DNA of 60,015 nucleotides, the filler included, from Dugesia japonica (Eukaryota), in the NCBI GenBank assembly GCA_001938525.1. It is 6 parts of 6 records of this genome, joined end to end, with 100 filler letters (N's around TTAATTAATTAA, not from the genome) between each part and the next. Parts side by side here need not be neighbours in the genome. Positions count along the whole stretch, not along the records: positions 31,895 to 41,720 come from MQRL01628617.1; positions 41,821 to 51,394 come from MQRL01633250.1; positions 51,495 to 60,015 come from MQRL01307016.1; 3 more parts are not named here. The stretch is one strand, 5' to 3'. Shown piece after piece: positions 38,542 to 51,926 of this stretch (position 1 is the first letter of the stretch; each line of letters opens with the position of its first letter). A program made the position numbers and the translations under genes. The notes under the pieces are model-generated. The model was not told where the DNA came from. It did not search any database and saw only the letters and a program-made list of their open reading frames with translations.

Positions 38542-40804
38542 TTAATCCATATAAGTCTGCTGTACCCAAATGGGAACAGCTCCCTAATTTCCATTTCCTG
38601 CTGATTGGTATACTTTCCATTTCAGCACTGCTTGCTATTTCGTAATAGATGGAGTACAGATCGACGAAAAAGTAGCATATGACAAAGTGGTTGATTAAAA
38701 ATACAAAATTAGGGGATTTTCAAACTTATTTTTTGTTATTTGAAGTTGATTGAATTAAAGTGATTAATTTATTGCTAGTGTTTTAAATTATTTAATTATT
38801 TTACATAAATATATAGCATTCAATACATCATTATCCACTAGAGATTGTCGATGCCCTCGCGGCTTATTCTCCAAACTGAGGTCACCATCACAAAACTTGT
38901 GGAACCATTATTGGCATTTGCGAACATCAAGTACTTCACCGTAAACATTGCAGATATTTTTAGTGGCAACAGTAGCATTTGATCCGCGTTTAAACTCATA
39001 CAACATACAATGGCGAATATGATTGTCATTTGGTAAATTTTCAATCATCTCTAAAATCGATAAATTAAAATATGATATATATGTATATATAAATTTTAAT
39101 TACTGTATGTAGTTGACATCGGGCTTTAATTTCAAATTGATTTTTCTTATTACTTAAACAATGGTATTAAATATTATTAAAAAAGTGAACTTTCAATTTG
39201 AAAACCCTAATACTAAAAGTGTTGTAAAATTCAATGTAAGTAAAAAAAAAATTTCCTTTTCGTCCGAGTGTCCTAAACTGTAGTGTACCCAGTTGGGTAC
39301 ATTATTATATTCGAAAAATATTATTCTATATTATTATTATTATAATATTATTATATTATTATTCTATTCTAAAATATTCGTAATTTATTTTTATAATTTT
39401 GTGTTGAAATTTTCAGATTGGAGATGCATAAGCGAGATTTTAAATGTACGGAACAATTTAAGGGATTAGAGGAAGCTGTACAATATATTATGGAAGAAGA
39501 TTTGGACGATATTGATGTGCTCATAATTCTTCCTGACCCGGATGTTGTAACAGATAATGAAAAAATTGATGATGATCGTTAGTTGAGTTTGGAAGACTCA
39601 ATGTATCATTAATATCAAAATTCGAATTCATTATAACACTATTGAAAATCAAAACTTTATCCAACAATATTTGTTAAACAAACAAATCAAAATCCCGTGT
39701 TTTCATTGGTGATCATTTTTCAAAATCTAAAACTGTAATTTATTTATTTAAAATTTAATTTAATTTATTTCAAACATTTCATTTATTTATTTAAAATTTA
39801 AGGCATTTTCTTTCACCTTGAAAATTTTATTTATTAAAAATATACATTATTATCCAATCATCATTTTTGAATTTTTTAAATTGAACTTAATTTATTTAAA
39901 ATTATTTTAATTTATTTCAAACATTTTATTTATTTAAGATTGTATTTTATTATCCAATCATCATTTTTGTATTTTTTAAATTGAATCTTAATTTATTTAA
40001 CATAATTTTAATTTAATTTATTTCAACCAATTTTATTTATTTATTTAAAATTAAAATAAATTTCCGTTTACTGAAAAGTTTTAATTTATCATTTAAAATA
40101 ANNNNNNNNNNNNNNNNNNNNNNNNNNNNNNNNNNNNNNNNNNNNNNNNNCTTTCTTTTAAACAAAAGATTTTAAAAATATGATCACCAATCACACAAAA
40201 AATTTAACTTGCTTTTTTAACACAATGATAATGAAAAAAGTCAATTTCTGAAGAAGACAAAGTCGAAATATCGATTCAATCTCTAAAAAACAATAAAAAA
40301 TTATTTTGATCGAAGCTTATATTTTAAATGAATGATAATCTAATTGGAAATGAATTACCAAAAGATATACCTGGTAGTGTGGAAATATTTATAAATAATA
40401 TTGCAGATGTAACTGATGGACTTCCACACAAAAGATCAAAGAAAGTTGAAAGAGAATCGGGAACTATTCCCCAAGGTATGGTACAAGACAACATCGGCCA
40501 ATTTCCTGAGAAGCTAATTAACCGCCTGAGGTGTGCTATTTGCTCTGCTCGAATTCGTTGGCGTGGTAAGAAATGTCTCAAAACACTATGTGTTGAAATA
40601 GGTTGTTTTGAAAATTCCATACTTCATAAATATATTGTATGTTATGCCCAATGTACCTACTTGGATACATGGTTATTACGTTCAAAATAAATTAAAAAAA
40701 TTTAAATTAATGCTTATGTTTTATTATTAGACACACTAGTATTTCAAATATCGCCAAAATCAAAATTTGTTTTATCAGTTTATCTGTGGGTGTAAATGGG
40801 TTAA
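38542..40804 (+). mobile_element. Internally deleted piggyBac element
   Basis: TTAA-tccatata ... taaatggg-TTAA ends; repeated palindrome TGTACCxxxTGGxxACA (~38560, 39285, 40652); acidic N-terminus IDVLIILPDPDVVTD; C-terminal Cys-rich RCAIC...KCLKTLCVEIGCF. Confidence 0.8.
38810..39281 (-). mobile_element. 5' mariner fragment nested in the piggyBac
   Basis: From ATG 39048: MIENLPNDNHIRHCMLYEFKRGSNATVATKNICNVYG...CQ*WFHKF...LENKPRG (Mos1 HTH); TA-CAGTTTAGGACA terminus at ~39281. Confidence 0.85.
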
Positions 40805-41185
40805 AGGTTTTTATATTTTATTTAATTCAATTTTGTGTTTTTGTTTAGTATATAGGTAATGAATTGATTTTTTCTAGTTCTAACACTTATGTATAACTTT
40901 GCCGTACACCCTGCTTCCATTTGCTTATCTGTTAATTTTCTTGCAAAGAGGGGTGCATTATTTTTAGTACCCGTGGGAGCCTAATTTCTTAAGACGGTCC
41001 TGACTATAAATTAGTTTATAAATTTTTTCAAAAACTGACGTTTAAATTAAGCAGCAATAAAAGTACTATTAATTTTTTGTAAAGTAATTATTAATTAAAC
41101 TCAATCAAAATAATTATGAAAGTAATTGGCTAAAAAATTAGTTTATTTTTTATTCAAAGGAGAAATTTTAAATTAAAATCCTATA

Positions 41186-41315
41186 TAGTTATAAAAATAC
41201 GACTTGAGGTGACTAGAAATTTTTTTCTGAATTTCAATTTAATACCGTCAGATGGTCTGAACCTCGAGTGAAAAAGGAAAGTGTCTAGTCACCTCAAGTC
41301 GTATTTTTAAAACTA
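41186..41315. repeat. 32-bp inverted repeat (one mismatch) with a 66-bp spacer; MITE-like
   Basis: TAGTTATAAAAATACGACTTGAGGTGACTAGA ... TCTAGTCACCTCAAGTCGTATTTTTAAAACTA. Confidence 0.85.
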
Positions 41316-41720
41316 CTGGTTTTCTATAGTTTTTTATATTTTTGGTTCGGAATTTTTGAATAAATTTTAAAATAATTTGTCAATTATATTTTTTATTAAA
41401 TATTTTTTAAAATTTAAATACATTTTAAATTTGGAAAACAAGTAATTTTTTGTGATATTTATATTTTTGATAGGTTTTTATAAAATTTTTGTTTTGAAGT
41501 AATATAGAGATAAAGTAAAAGAGAAATTTTAATTGCTAGTATTAAATCATATTTGCTCGAATTGATCTTGAACTATAGATTCCAAAACTTTGCCAAAATT
41601 AGTTTTGTGTTATAACTATTTCGATTAACAACTTAAAATTTAAAGAATTAAAAAATTTATACCCAGATGTTATGATGACAGACGCAGGGAAGAGGTTGAG
41701 CGAAGAAGGGTAACCAGATG

Positions 41721-41820
41721 NNNNNNNNNNNNNNNNNNNNNNNNNNNNNNNNNNNNNNNNNNNNTTAATTAATTAANNNNNNNNNNNNNNNNNNNNNNNN
41801 NNNNNNNNNNNNNNNNNNNN
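41721..41820. other. Artificial scaffold linker
   Basis: N44-TTAATTAATTAA-N44. Confidence 0.97.
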
Positions 41821-41919
41821 TCTTTATACCATTTTAAAAAGTTATTAAAAATTAATTAATATTTGCACAATATTTTTATATCAATTAGTCATTAATAATG
41901 TTGAATGTTTTTATTGGTT

Positions 41920-42470
41920 TATTCAAACATCGCGGAATTATAAAACGTCACTCGATTCGGAACTGGCATAAATATTTTATGGAAACTGGAACAATACATA
42001 ACAAACCAAAAGCCAAGAAGTCCTGATGAAGATATTAAAATTATCCGCGAAATCCATTCGTACAGCTAATATAGGGAAATAGAACGTGACAATCCAAAGG
42101 TCAATGTGGATTATTGGAATATTCTTCTTTTAAGAAAAAACAATAACAGCAGATATTTATCTTAATACTGTAAGAGTTCATTGCAGTTCTAATATCATNN
42201 NNNNNNNNNNNNNNNNNNNNNNNNNNNNNNNNNNNNNNNNNNNNNNNNNNNNNNNNNNNNNNNNNNNNNNNNNNNNCCCCGGATATAACAGCACCAATTT
42301 TTCTTATGTGAAAAAAATTATTCGCTGTATAGGACCAAGATTAAGGTTATGAATGATCTGAAACAAAGAATAACTACCACTGAAGACGCCTTTGATGAAG
42401 TCATACTAAGAAGAACATAGACGGAAATTGCGTAACTAATGCAACTAGGGAAGAACAAGCCAAAATTTTG
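41920..42470 (+). pseudogene. Highly decayed Tc1/mariner-superfamily transposase
   Basis: IRNWHKYFMETGTI, PDITAP...YVKK, DLKQRITT resemble Tc1/rosa-type motifs. Confidence 0.55.
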
Positions 42471-43407
42471 TCTTTATAAATCACTTGATAATGTTTTTAA
42501 GCGTTTTAACAGTTTCCTGTTTCATTTGTACTTTCGATAATAACAATAACAATAGTATTAAGACTTGTGAACACTCTCTGAACATTCTAGAATTTCCAGA
42601 TTGATGGATGGTTAGTAGAAATGATTCCTTGAATATTATCACCCCACCATATTATTATTCGTTTTTTTCCATTTTCCGAATTTTCCATTGGTTGGTGCAC
42701 CATTCGAAACACAAATAAATTTACGAATTTCTTTATTATAATTAAACTTCCTGGAGAATTACGATTTTTTATTATTTTTTAATAATCTTTACAACATATC
42801 AAAAATATCAAATTATTAGACCGGAACCCAGCGCACCAATGTAGCGAATTTTCCAAATTTCTTTTTTTTGCGAGGTAGGGCCTTAACAATTTATTTATCA
42901 AACAGGTTAGAAACCATTAAATTAGATTTTTTAAAATTATATTAAAAGCATGGATATTTGAGGAAATTTTCTCCAAATACTTTATACTTTTTGTCTGGGT
43001 ACCGTTTAGACAATTAACTCTTTTATCACCTATTTTACCTGTTTTAAAAAATTGTGGTGTTCTAACCTATTACTACTACTAACCTACTCATAATTTCTAG
43101 TTTAAATCATAATAAATCGATATTTCAACTCTGGAGACTTTTTATCTTAATTTTACACTCGGAGACTTTTTGTCCTGTAAACGTATTTAAATATAGAGTT
43201 CATGGAAATTTTTGATGTTTTAATATTTTTTACAACGAAAAAACACTAAATTATTAGACCGGAGACCAGCGCACCAATGTAGCGAATTTTTCAATTGTTA
43301 GAGCACCGTTCGAAACAAGAATAATATACACGAGTAAATTTATGAATTTAAAATGGAAAAAAGTCGGTGAAATAAATATAAAAATATCCGAATTCAATCA
43401 ATCTTAC

Positions 43408-44628
43408 CTTCAGAGTAGAATAAATCCGATCAACGATTGACTCAGCGATGAGATTCTTAATCGATAAATTAGATATATCCAAAATTTTCTCCGTGTATTT
43501 ACTGTCAGCACAAATAGCGGGCATATGCCTGACTTTGAGTGGTCTTTTCGAGTCATCTTCGTCAGTACAAATCACAATACTATGTCTCGGTCGTTGTAAA
43601 TATTTTTCACTTCTATGCCAATAAGAAAATGTTAACTTAGTTCCTCTCGTATAACGGACATCGTAAATCGGAATTCCATGTGCATAACGCTGATAATCAT
43701 TGATTTGTTCGTGAAGTACTTCCAATTGTAAACTGATGCTCATAGAATGCATCATATCATAGAGATAATACAACGATGAACTGCTACTCATATTATGAGA
43801 ATGTAATCTCGCTTGGATTATTTCATGCATTGCTTTCAATTGATTAATATGAACCAATGATCGACCCCGACAAACATTGTTTCCTTTAACCAGAAAGTTA
43901 ATATTCAACAGTTTCCATGGATGATCAAAATGGTCAGACATTAGAGTACAGGTTACCGTAAATTCATCCGGAACAGTAAATGTAACTCTACCATTCGAAA
44001 TATCAATATTTCTCATCCTATAGGGAATTTTAGAATTGCTTAAACGTATTCGTAAAATCCGATTAAGCTCATCAAACATTCGAATTTTATCGAGTTTGTT
44101 AATTCTTTGTGATTTTAAAACGGAAAATTTGATAATATTGGGTAATCTAGAATATGTTTTTGTAGCAAATATGTCAGCGGAAATAATAGGCAATATATTT
44201 TGTAGTCTAGCATATGGTAATCTATCTCTTGCCAATATTGAAAGATCTTCGGCAGTATTCATTAAAAACAAACTTTGTTCATCCAATAAATTGGATATTT
44301 TCTCACATTTATCAACTTTCTGTGCTGATGGAGTCCACTTATTTAACGCTTGAAGTCTGATTAAAAGATATCTCGTTCTGTTTAGAAATTTTGCTATTTC
44401 TGTTTTTTTATCAGCATCATCTTTGCTAGGTAGTAAATCAACTAACTGATGAAAATCTGTATAGGTTTTTAAAGCGACGTGATTAATCATAACACCCATT
44501 GAAACAGCCTTGGGTTTGTTTGGTAACTGAGGATTATGAATAGGCATATTTGCAGGAAATGATGAAAATTGTTTAATTTGATTTGCATTATTAGGTGAAA
44601 ATATTTTCATCGGACTACCAAAACTCAT
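43408..44628 (-). CDS. MED14: Mediator subunit 14, first coding exon (gene presumably continues beyond the scaffold)
   Basis: LLIRLQALNKW, ARDRLPYARL, TYSRLP, NGRVTFTVPDEF, PWKLLNINFLV, SLQLEVLHEQ; donor AAG|gtaaga at 43408/43407. Confidence 0.93.
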
Positions 44629-44889
44629 TTTCGTTTTATTAATTTAATATTAATAAAATGATAGAAAATATTTGATTTATGATTTTACGATGAATATTAA
44701 AACAAATATTATTTTTTTAAAAACAAAATATTTTAAGTTATAACTATTATTTTATGAAAATTCTAAATCCGAATTAAAAATTAAATTTTATTAATATAAA
44801 ATAAATTCTATTAATTTTTTTAATGTATATATAAATAAAAAAGCTTCATTTTACTTAGAAATAATTTAAGAAAAACTACAATAAAGAAT

Positions 44890-45467
44890 TTATTCAGGAA
44901 TTTTATGTAAAAGTAACAAAGGATTATTCAATTCAGCAGTAGCCAAAACCTGTAACTTTTCGTGTATAGATTTCTTTGTCTTATTTAAGTACCAACAAAG
45001 AATCATATCTTTAACTGTTCGTCCGACAAACTTAAAAATTTTTATTTAATTTTAAAACTTAAATTCACAACTATTACCACTTTTGTTAATAATTTAAAAT
45101 TATATTTAAAAATTTCAAGTAGCATAAACAATTTCAAAACATCTTCATTCGACCAAATTATTTGACTGTTTTGCATAAGACTAATTTCTTCATACGAAGC
45201 CACAAAATCACCATTATTATGTGTTAAAACTGAAAGACTGGTGGATTCACAAATTCTAAATACAATTAAAATTAATAATTACAAAAAAATTCCAAAATAA
45301 CCCATAATTATTTTTCGCATCACGAATAAATTGTAACAATTTTTCCTCACTATTTTCCGCCACCACATTTGGTGACCACAAAAGAACTTCGCGTGAATTA
45401 TTATTGACTACAGAATACATAAAAAATAATATTTAACAAAATTCATACTAGAAATATTATCTGACAT
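44890..45467 (-). CDS. Small ELM2-SANT protein (CoREST/RCOR-like), 4 exons: 45467-45449, 45407-45302, 45255-45078, 45030-44890 (147 aa)
   Basis: Three GT-AG introns (41, 46, 47 bp) splice in frame. LLWSPNVVAENSEEKLLQFIRDAKNNYG, WSNEDVLKLFMLLEIFKYNF and GRTVKDMILCWYLNK match the ELM2 tail plus SANT1 of RCOR. The 5' end is uncertain. Confidence 0.75.
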
Positions 45468-47302
45468 GACCTTGATTGATTTATATTATTAAAACAATGA
45501 GTAAACTAAAATAAAACAATAGTTTAAATAAACAGAGAAAAATTATTTATTTTATATATTTCAACTTCAAAGTGCGAATGATTAAAATATTTTCATAAAT
45601 TTGTGATTATTCCTGAATAGTTATAATAAATGAATCAATTAATAAAACTAGTCTAACATTTTGAAGTTAACTAATGATTAAGTAAATATTTTAAATGTTA
45701 CTAGTCAAAGAATGTTATGATTTCGTTAATTACAAAATGTATTTTTATCAAATTATGTATTGCGAGAATAATTAATTGGGCGTAACCATTGATCGTTTTT
45801 CAAAATTCATTAAAATAAATGAATCGATCAATTTTTTTGTTTTTGATAATAGTTCTAATTTTCGACTTTGTCTTCGTCAGAAATGGACTTTTTCAAAGTC
45901 AATTTCTAACGAAGAAATATTATTTCGAAATATTATCAAAAACAAAAAAAGTTTGATCGAAGCATTTTTAATGAATTAAAATCCTTATATTGAAATATCA
46001 CGAAGCATTTAATATTTGTCTTTATTTTGTTTGCTTTATGTGTATTTAGTATATCATCTTTGTTTCCTATACGTTGATCATTACGGTTTATTTCCATCAC
46101 CACAAAATTTTAATACAAGTACCCTTAATTTGCTTTTAGAATCTTTCCGAATCCTTCGGTCGCGCATTAATACTCTTCTATAATAATATCCGTTATCTAA
46201 TTCCGCATCAAAGTGTTATATCTTGTGCGGAGAAATAACAATTTTATTAACTATTCAATATGACTCCAAATTCTACTTCGAAAATTATATGCGCGTAGGG
46301 TTATAAATATAAATTATAATAATAATAAATAACTAAGATAACAATTATGTTTTATAAAACTTTATTTAAATAAATCAAATATATAAAACAAAACTAAATA
46401 AAATTAGAACTAATATCAATTCGATNNATTTTACGGATTTAGCGAGAACCGCTCTATATAAATTTTAATTGAAGGATAAATACCGGTATTACACTACCGT
46501 CCTGATAAGTTATGAAGCGTGGGTCTAAATTTCCTGACCACACGTGTTAACTCAAGATGTGTATTTTAATAAGTAATTTTATAACAGAACACAGATAATA
46601 TATCAGTGTTTGAACCACTGTAATATTATCTAATAAAAATTTAAATGATTTAAAACGAAACAAATAATAATCTGAACAGGTTTATATTTGTTCTACAAAT
46701 CAAAAATATTACCTTTACTGCTGGCAATTAGCTCTTTTAAATTTTATTACTGCTTTTTATATGAACTGCTAATTTAGCTAAAACTTATGTCTGAAAACTA
46801 CTGATTTTCAATCAGTATTTATAATAAATTTAATGAGCATGTGTGTTAATACGTATAACAAAAAAATAAGAAAAATATTCATGATTACTAAATATAGTAA
46901 TAATTTATTTCTCAATTAAGAAATACAAGTGAACAAAAATATTGATTAATTTCTTATTATTTTGAGTTACTAAATTTAGTATTTTATAAAATTCTTTTTA
47001 TTAAATTGAATAACCTTGAACAAATTAATAAATTGATAAGATTAAACAAATAGAAAATTTTAATAATTAATTAAAATTTTTATGAATAAATTAATAAACT
47101 AGATAAATTAATGTAAGCTTAGCTTACAACCCTAACACAAGGATACTAAATTTGTTATATAACTTTTATATACTTTTTACAATCTTGAAATTTTAAATTT
47201 TTAAATTTTTTCCCCGTTAAACTTCATATTTACCTACTCTAAACAGACACCTTTTGTTCACCTTGAAGGAAGAGTTTTTCGATATTAGTTCTTTAGGCAA
47301 TG

Positions 47303-48327
47303 TGTTGGGGTGAAACACTTGAGATTTAAAAATAAACCACCGATTAGGTACACCTGAAATTTGAAAGGATTTAACAAGAAAGAAAACGAAGAACACAGAC
47401 AAAAGAAGGAGTTAGACCAGTTATCGAAATGAATAATTGAAGAAAAGACTGAAATAAAGGAACTAAATATGAGAAATGATCCGTAACCTAGTGAGTTACA
47501 AGGGAAGGAAAGAAATATTGGAAAAGAAAAAACGGACTGAGAGAACAAAGAAAGGAAAATTAATAGCGGAAGAAAATAATTCATTAAGTAAAAGAAAGGA
47601 AATAATCAACTTACAGTAAATAAATTAAATGAATTAATTGATAAAAGAAAACAGCAGAATGAAATTAATTTCGAATCGGAAAACAAAGAAATGAACATTG
47701 AATTACTATTTTGGAAGAAAATAAAATAAATAATTTATTTATTTAAATAAAATAAATCGAACAATTTAAAATAAATTATTTTTAAAAGAAAAATAATTAT
47801 TTCGTGAAAAAGTTGCAAAAACGACCACTTCCCATGGTGAAAACATTAGCAATTAAAAAGATTCTGGTCAAGAAAAAAATCGGAGATATTGAAATTCTAA
47901 GTTAAAAAATCGTTATGAGTCTCAGAAAAAAGATACAAGGGTTTGAAGGTGGACCAATAGATTCGAAATCTAAAAATATCAACCAATAAAAAGAACGCAT
48001 GTGACCATCTGGCAAATAAAAGCGCCAAGAATTTATATCCACCAATAAAATAAACGAGGGTGTAGAAAAAACTGGTATAAATACCGATGTAATTTTCAAT
48101 AAAATATACACTTTTTATCAAGGAAATACGGAAAATAAAACGAAATGTACTCGGATTCCGAGTCAACGGCCCCGTTCCGAAGATCTGGATTTTTTGGGGG
48201 ACACCAGATTCAAATTCATTGCGGGGTTTTACCAGGTCAATTACCCTAGACTTAATTTTATATAACGTTCGACCCACCTAGATTTTATCATATAAGAAAT
48301 CAACCCACTTAGGGTAAAATCTCAACA
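47303..48327 (+). mobile_element. Solo LTR, 1025 bp
   Basis: TGTTG...CAACA termini flanked by a 4-bp AATG target-site duplication. Confidence 0.75.
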
Positions 48328-49358
48328 AATGTATAGGCAGTTTTTGATTTACTTTCTTATGATTTTCCTTTTAATTAAAAAAATTAAACTGACACCATAA
48401 AATTGATTTTCTTGTTTCGCTGATTTGTAATTTTTTGTAATTTACGTAATCTATACTCAATTTAGTATTTTCTATAGAATGATATAGATGCCAAGACTAA
48501 GTTTAAAATTAGTAATTTTTTATAATTTTTAAAACTTTTTATTCTTTTATAATTTTTTACTATTATGTGTGACTAAAATTTAAAGTGCACCATATGGCTT
48601 TACATTTTATTTCGTATCCAACAATACAAAGTTTGTTTTCATAGCACATTTATACCGCTGACTAGATGTGAGTCATTGTTTTTTGTTTTTGAAATTGGTC
48701 GAAAACAAAGCGCTTTATGAAAGTAATTTTTTTGCTAAAGTAAATACACTTTTTTATTATCTATCGAGTATTAAAAGTTTAAAAACAATGTTTAAAATTT
48801 GTACTTCACGTGATTTTATAGATTTTAAATCTTTAATCACTTTTTATACAAATATTCAATTAAAAATACAATTACATTTTTATGATTGCCATAATTTTTT
48901 GCACAGAACTATATTAAGTTTGTTGCTATAATTTAAAAAGGAAAATTTAAAGATTTTAAAAAAAACAATTAAAAAATTTTAAAGATTATAAACATGTTGA
49001 CGTTTATAACAATTAAAGCTCAGATTTGAATATTTACTTGTTAACTAAAGATTTTACCTCACTCAACTAATCAGGTAAAGGTCCGTATTGCAGAAAAGTA
49101 TAAATATTTTTTTCAACGAAATTGATATTCTTCAACTTGAAATGCTCACTAATATTTCTTGAGTAAAATTTTGCAAAATTTTAATTCATTCTTTTAATAA
49201 TTATATTTTTCTTGTTTTCAACCTGAAATTGAATCAGTATTTATACTGATTTTTCAATAATTAAATACATACAAACCTAGTCAAAGAGAAATATAACATA
49301 AAGCACGCAGTAATTTCTTGAAATTTACAAAACTCAACTGATTACTGTATAAATTACT

Positions 49359-49470
49359 GGGTTATATGACAATTTGACACATGACAAATCGACACAAAGA
49401 CAAATCGACACAGANNNNTCGACACAGACAATTCGACACATAGACAAATCGACATAGACAAATCTACACA
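49359..49470. repeat. 13-17-bp tandem subrepeats (GACAAATCGACAC), probably a DNA-transposon terminus
   Basis: About 7 copies following GGGTTATAT. Confidence 0.7.
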
Positions 49471-50162
49471 TATTTTTTATAATTTATAATTTTTTAATAT
49501 TTTTTATTATTTTTAATAACTTTTACTGGTAATTATAATAAGTCATTAAGTATAATTTTTAATAATGGATTTCTTTGGTATCATTTTGGTGCAGACATTG
49601 TTTCCCCTTGGTAATTATTTCCTCCAGTTAAAAATAGAAATAGGAATTAAAAAAAAAATATTAATTAATTAATTAATTAATTACTAAACATAGAAATAAA
49701 TTAATTTCCTCCTGGAAATAATGTAGTGCTGCTTTGTTATTTTGAAATTTTGTTGTGACGTTTAGTGATATTGATTAATTTGAGAAATTATAAAATTTTC
49801 TACAGTAAGAATTATTTGTATTTAAATTTAAAAAACATACCCTCTCATACCTAATTCACCAATATGATGCTAGAGTAGGCTTCATTCATACCCCAAATTA
49901 ACCAATACTATTATTACTTTTTAAATTCAACATGTAAAAATCACTGTCACACCTAATTGACAATATACTTTAAAAATGTAAATAATTTGACGATTTGACA
50001 CTACAAGAAAAAGGTTTGAAACTATCTCTTGCAGATATTGATATTTCTGTCTGTTTTACTTCTGAACGACTTGTTTGTGCATGGGCTAGAGTAAACCTGT
50101 GGACTTCAATCTCAATCTAATGTCGATGTTAGTTTCAAAATCACTTTTGAGACCAACACTTA

Positions 50163-51394
50163 CGGGTGCCAGGTATCCGGTTTTGAACCGGACAGTCAGT
50201 TAATTCAACTGCTTTTCCGGTGGAGAAAAGATAGAAGGACCGGACGTACATTTGTCCAGTATTCCTTCCGACGGTTCAAAAATTTTTAAATTTAAATTTT
50301 ATTTACCTCAGTAGGCTATGGAAATTCTATTTTATAAAAATTATAGTTTAATATGTAAAATATTAAAGTATTATTTAAAGTTTTTTGCTGGTGTGGTAAA
50401 GTGATAAATTAAAAAATAAATTTGTTCTTTTATAACAATCAACTAGGTCTGTATAACTTTAATAGCCAAATAATTTTAAATTAATTTAAAGTAATTCTAG
50501 TTAAGAAATGAGTGAGGTAGAAAGTGGTTCCACAACAAAGAGAATGAAGTGCAATTACAATGCAGATTGGCAAAAAAATTATAACTGGGTCAGTGAAGGC
50601 TATGTTTGACATGAAAAATCAAACAGCAAAACAAGATGCAAACTTTATAATATAACGTCTACTGTTATTATATGATGGCATTAAAGCCCTAACTCATCAA
50701 TGTAACTGTATATGGATCTGATATCGCTAGCGTGAATTACAAAGCAAACAATTCAGTTTTTCAAAGACTAATGAAGAAAATAAAACCATTAATGTAGATC
50801 ATTGTAATGATCATATAATTCATAATTGTGCTAAAATGCTTTGAAATTATTATCCTTNGACATTGAAAACGTTATATTGAAAGTGTTTGCTGAGTTTTCT
50901 AATTCAGCCAAAAAGCGAGAAAATTTGAAAGAATGTTATGATTTATCATGTGTTGAATTGTTTGGTCACCAAATTATTGTAGTGTATGCATGTTTGTTAG
51001 TTTGCACTTGATGTTCAATATTATTCAACAAATTTCAAAAACTTTTAAATATTGAGATTCTTTTATTATATCTTTTAAAATTTTTAATTAACGTAAAAAA
51101 TCCAGTGTTGTATGTTTGTTCGATTTATTTGAAATTTTATTGAAGTTTTAAAANATTGAAAGATTTAATGAAAGTTATTCAGAAAATGACCAAGAAAAGT
51201 ATTCAAAAATAGTTAACTTTACTGATGATAGTTTTATCTTTCAATGAAAGTTAAATTTAAAAACGAACAAGAAAACATTTTGAAAGCATATAATTTAGAA
51301 AATGATAATAAAACATAAACTTTGATAATAATGATCAAAATTTTAAGTTTTAAACATCAAAACGTATGATACAAATTTATATAAATTTTATTCC
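50163..51394 (+). mobile_element. hAT element 5' end with decayed transposase
   Basis: GGGTGCCAGGTATCCGGTTTTGAACCGGACAGTC terminus; KCNYNADWQKNYNWV, DIASVNY, HCNDHIIHNCAK, FSNSAKKRENLKE. Confidence 0.7.
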
Positions 51395-51494
51395 NNNNNN
51401 NNNNNNNNNNNNNNNNNNNNNNNNNNNNNNNNNNNNNNTTAATTAATTAANNNNNNNNNNNNNNNNNNNNNNNNNNNNNNNNNNNNNNNNNNNN
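51395..51494. other. Artificial scaffold linker
   Basis: N44-TTAATTAATTAA-N44. Confidence 0.97.
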
Positions 51495-51926
51495 GTGCGC
51501 TACTATCTATCTACTTATATAATTGAAAATTATTACCCAATAAAATAATTATAACAATTTTATTTTATTCGTCGAAATCTAAAGATATTAAACAAAAAAA
51601 GTATTAGAAAAGTAAGTTATCATAATAATAATTATGAATTTTTATGTCGAATGTGCTTTGATTTTTTATTTTAACGGCTTTTATTCGATTGGTTGATATT
51701 AGTATTTAGTATAAGTGTTAAAAAAACTTTTCGGGCGGGCGAGAGTGGTATGGATGGAAAGAGAATTAATTATCAGATTTTTAAAGATATATTTGAAATT
51801 TTTCGGTTGGGAGTGTGTGACGTTATAATGTTTTCAAATCTTTATTTTTGTTTAAAATGCTGTATTTTGCAAATAAAGAAAACAACGCATAATTAGTTAT
51901 CGAAGTGCAGGTTTTATTAATAGCTG

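Noticed and set aside
38838-39044. 68-aa ORF resembling a signal-peptide protein
   Set aside because: Alternative frame of a mariner HTH remnant.
43348-43407. MED14 ending at the ORF stop (426 aa)
   Set aside because: A strong donor at 43407 shows this stretch is intronic read-through.
45720-46290. Possible upstream exons of the ELM2-SANT gene
   Set aside because: All frames contain stops, and part of it matches a repeat also seen at ~40245; no supportable gene model.
47217-48277. Several Phe-rich minus-strand ORFs
   Set aside because: They arise from the A-rich strand skew of the solo LTR; no recognisable motifs.
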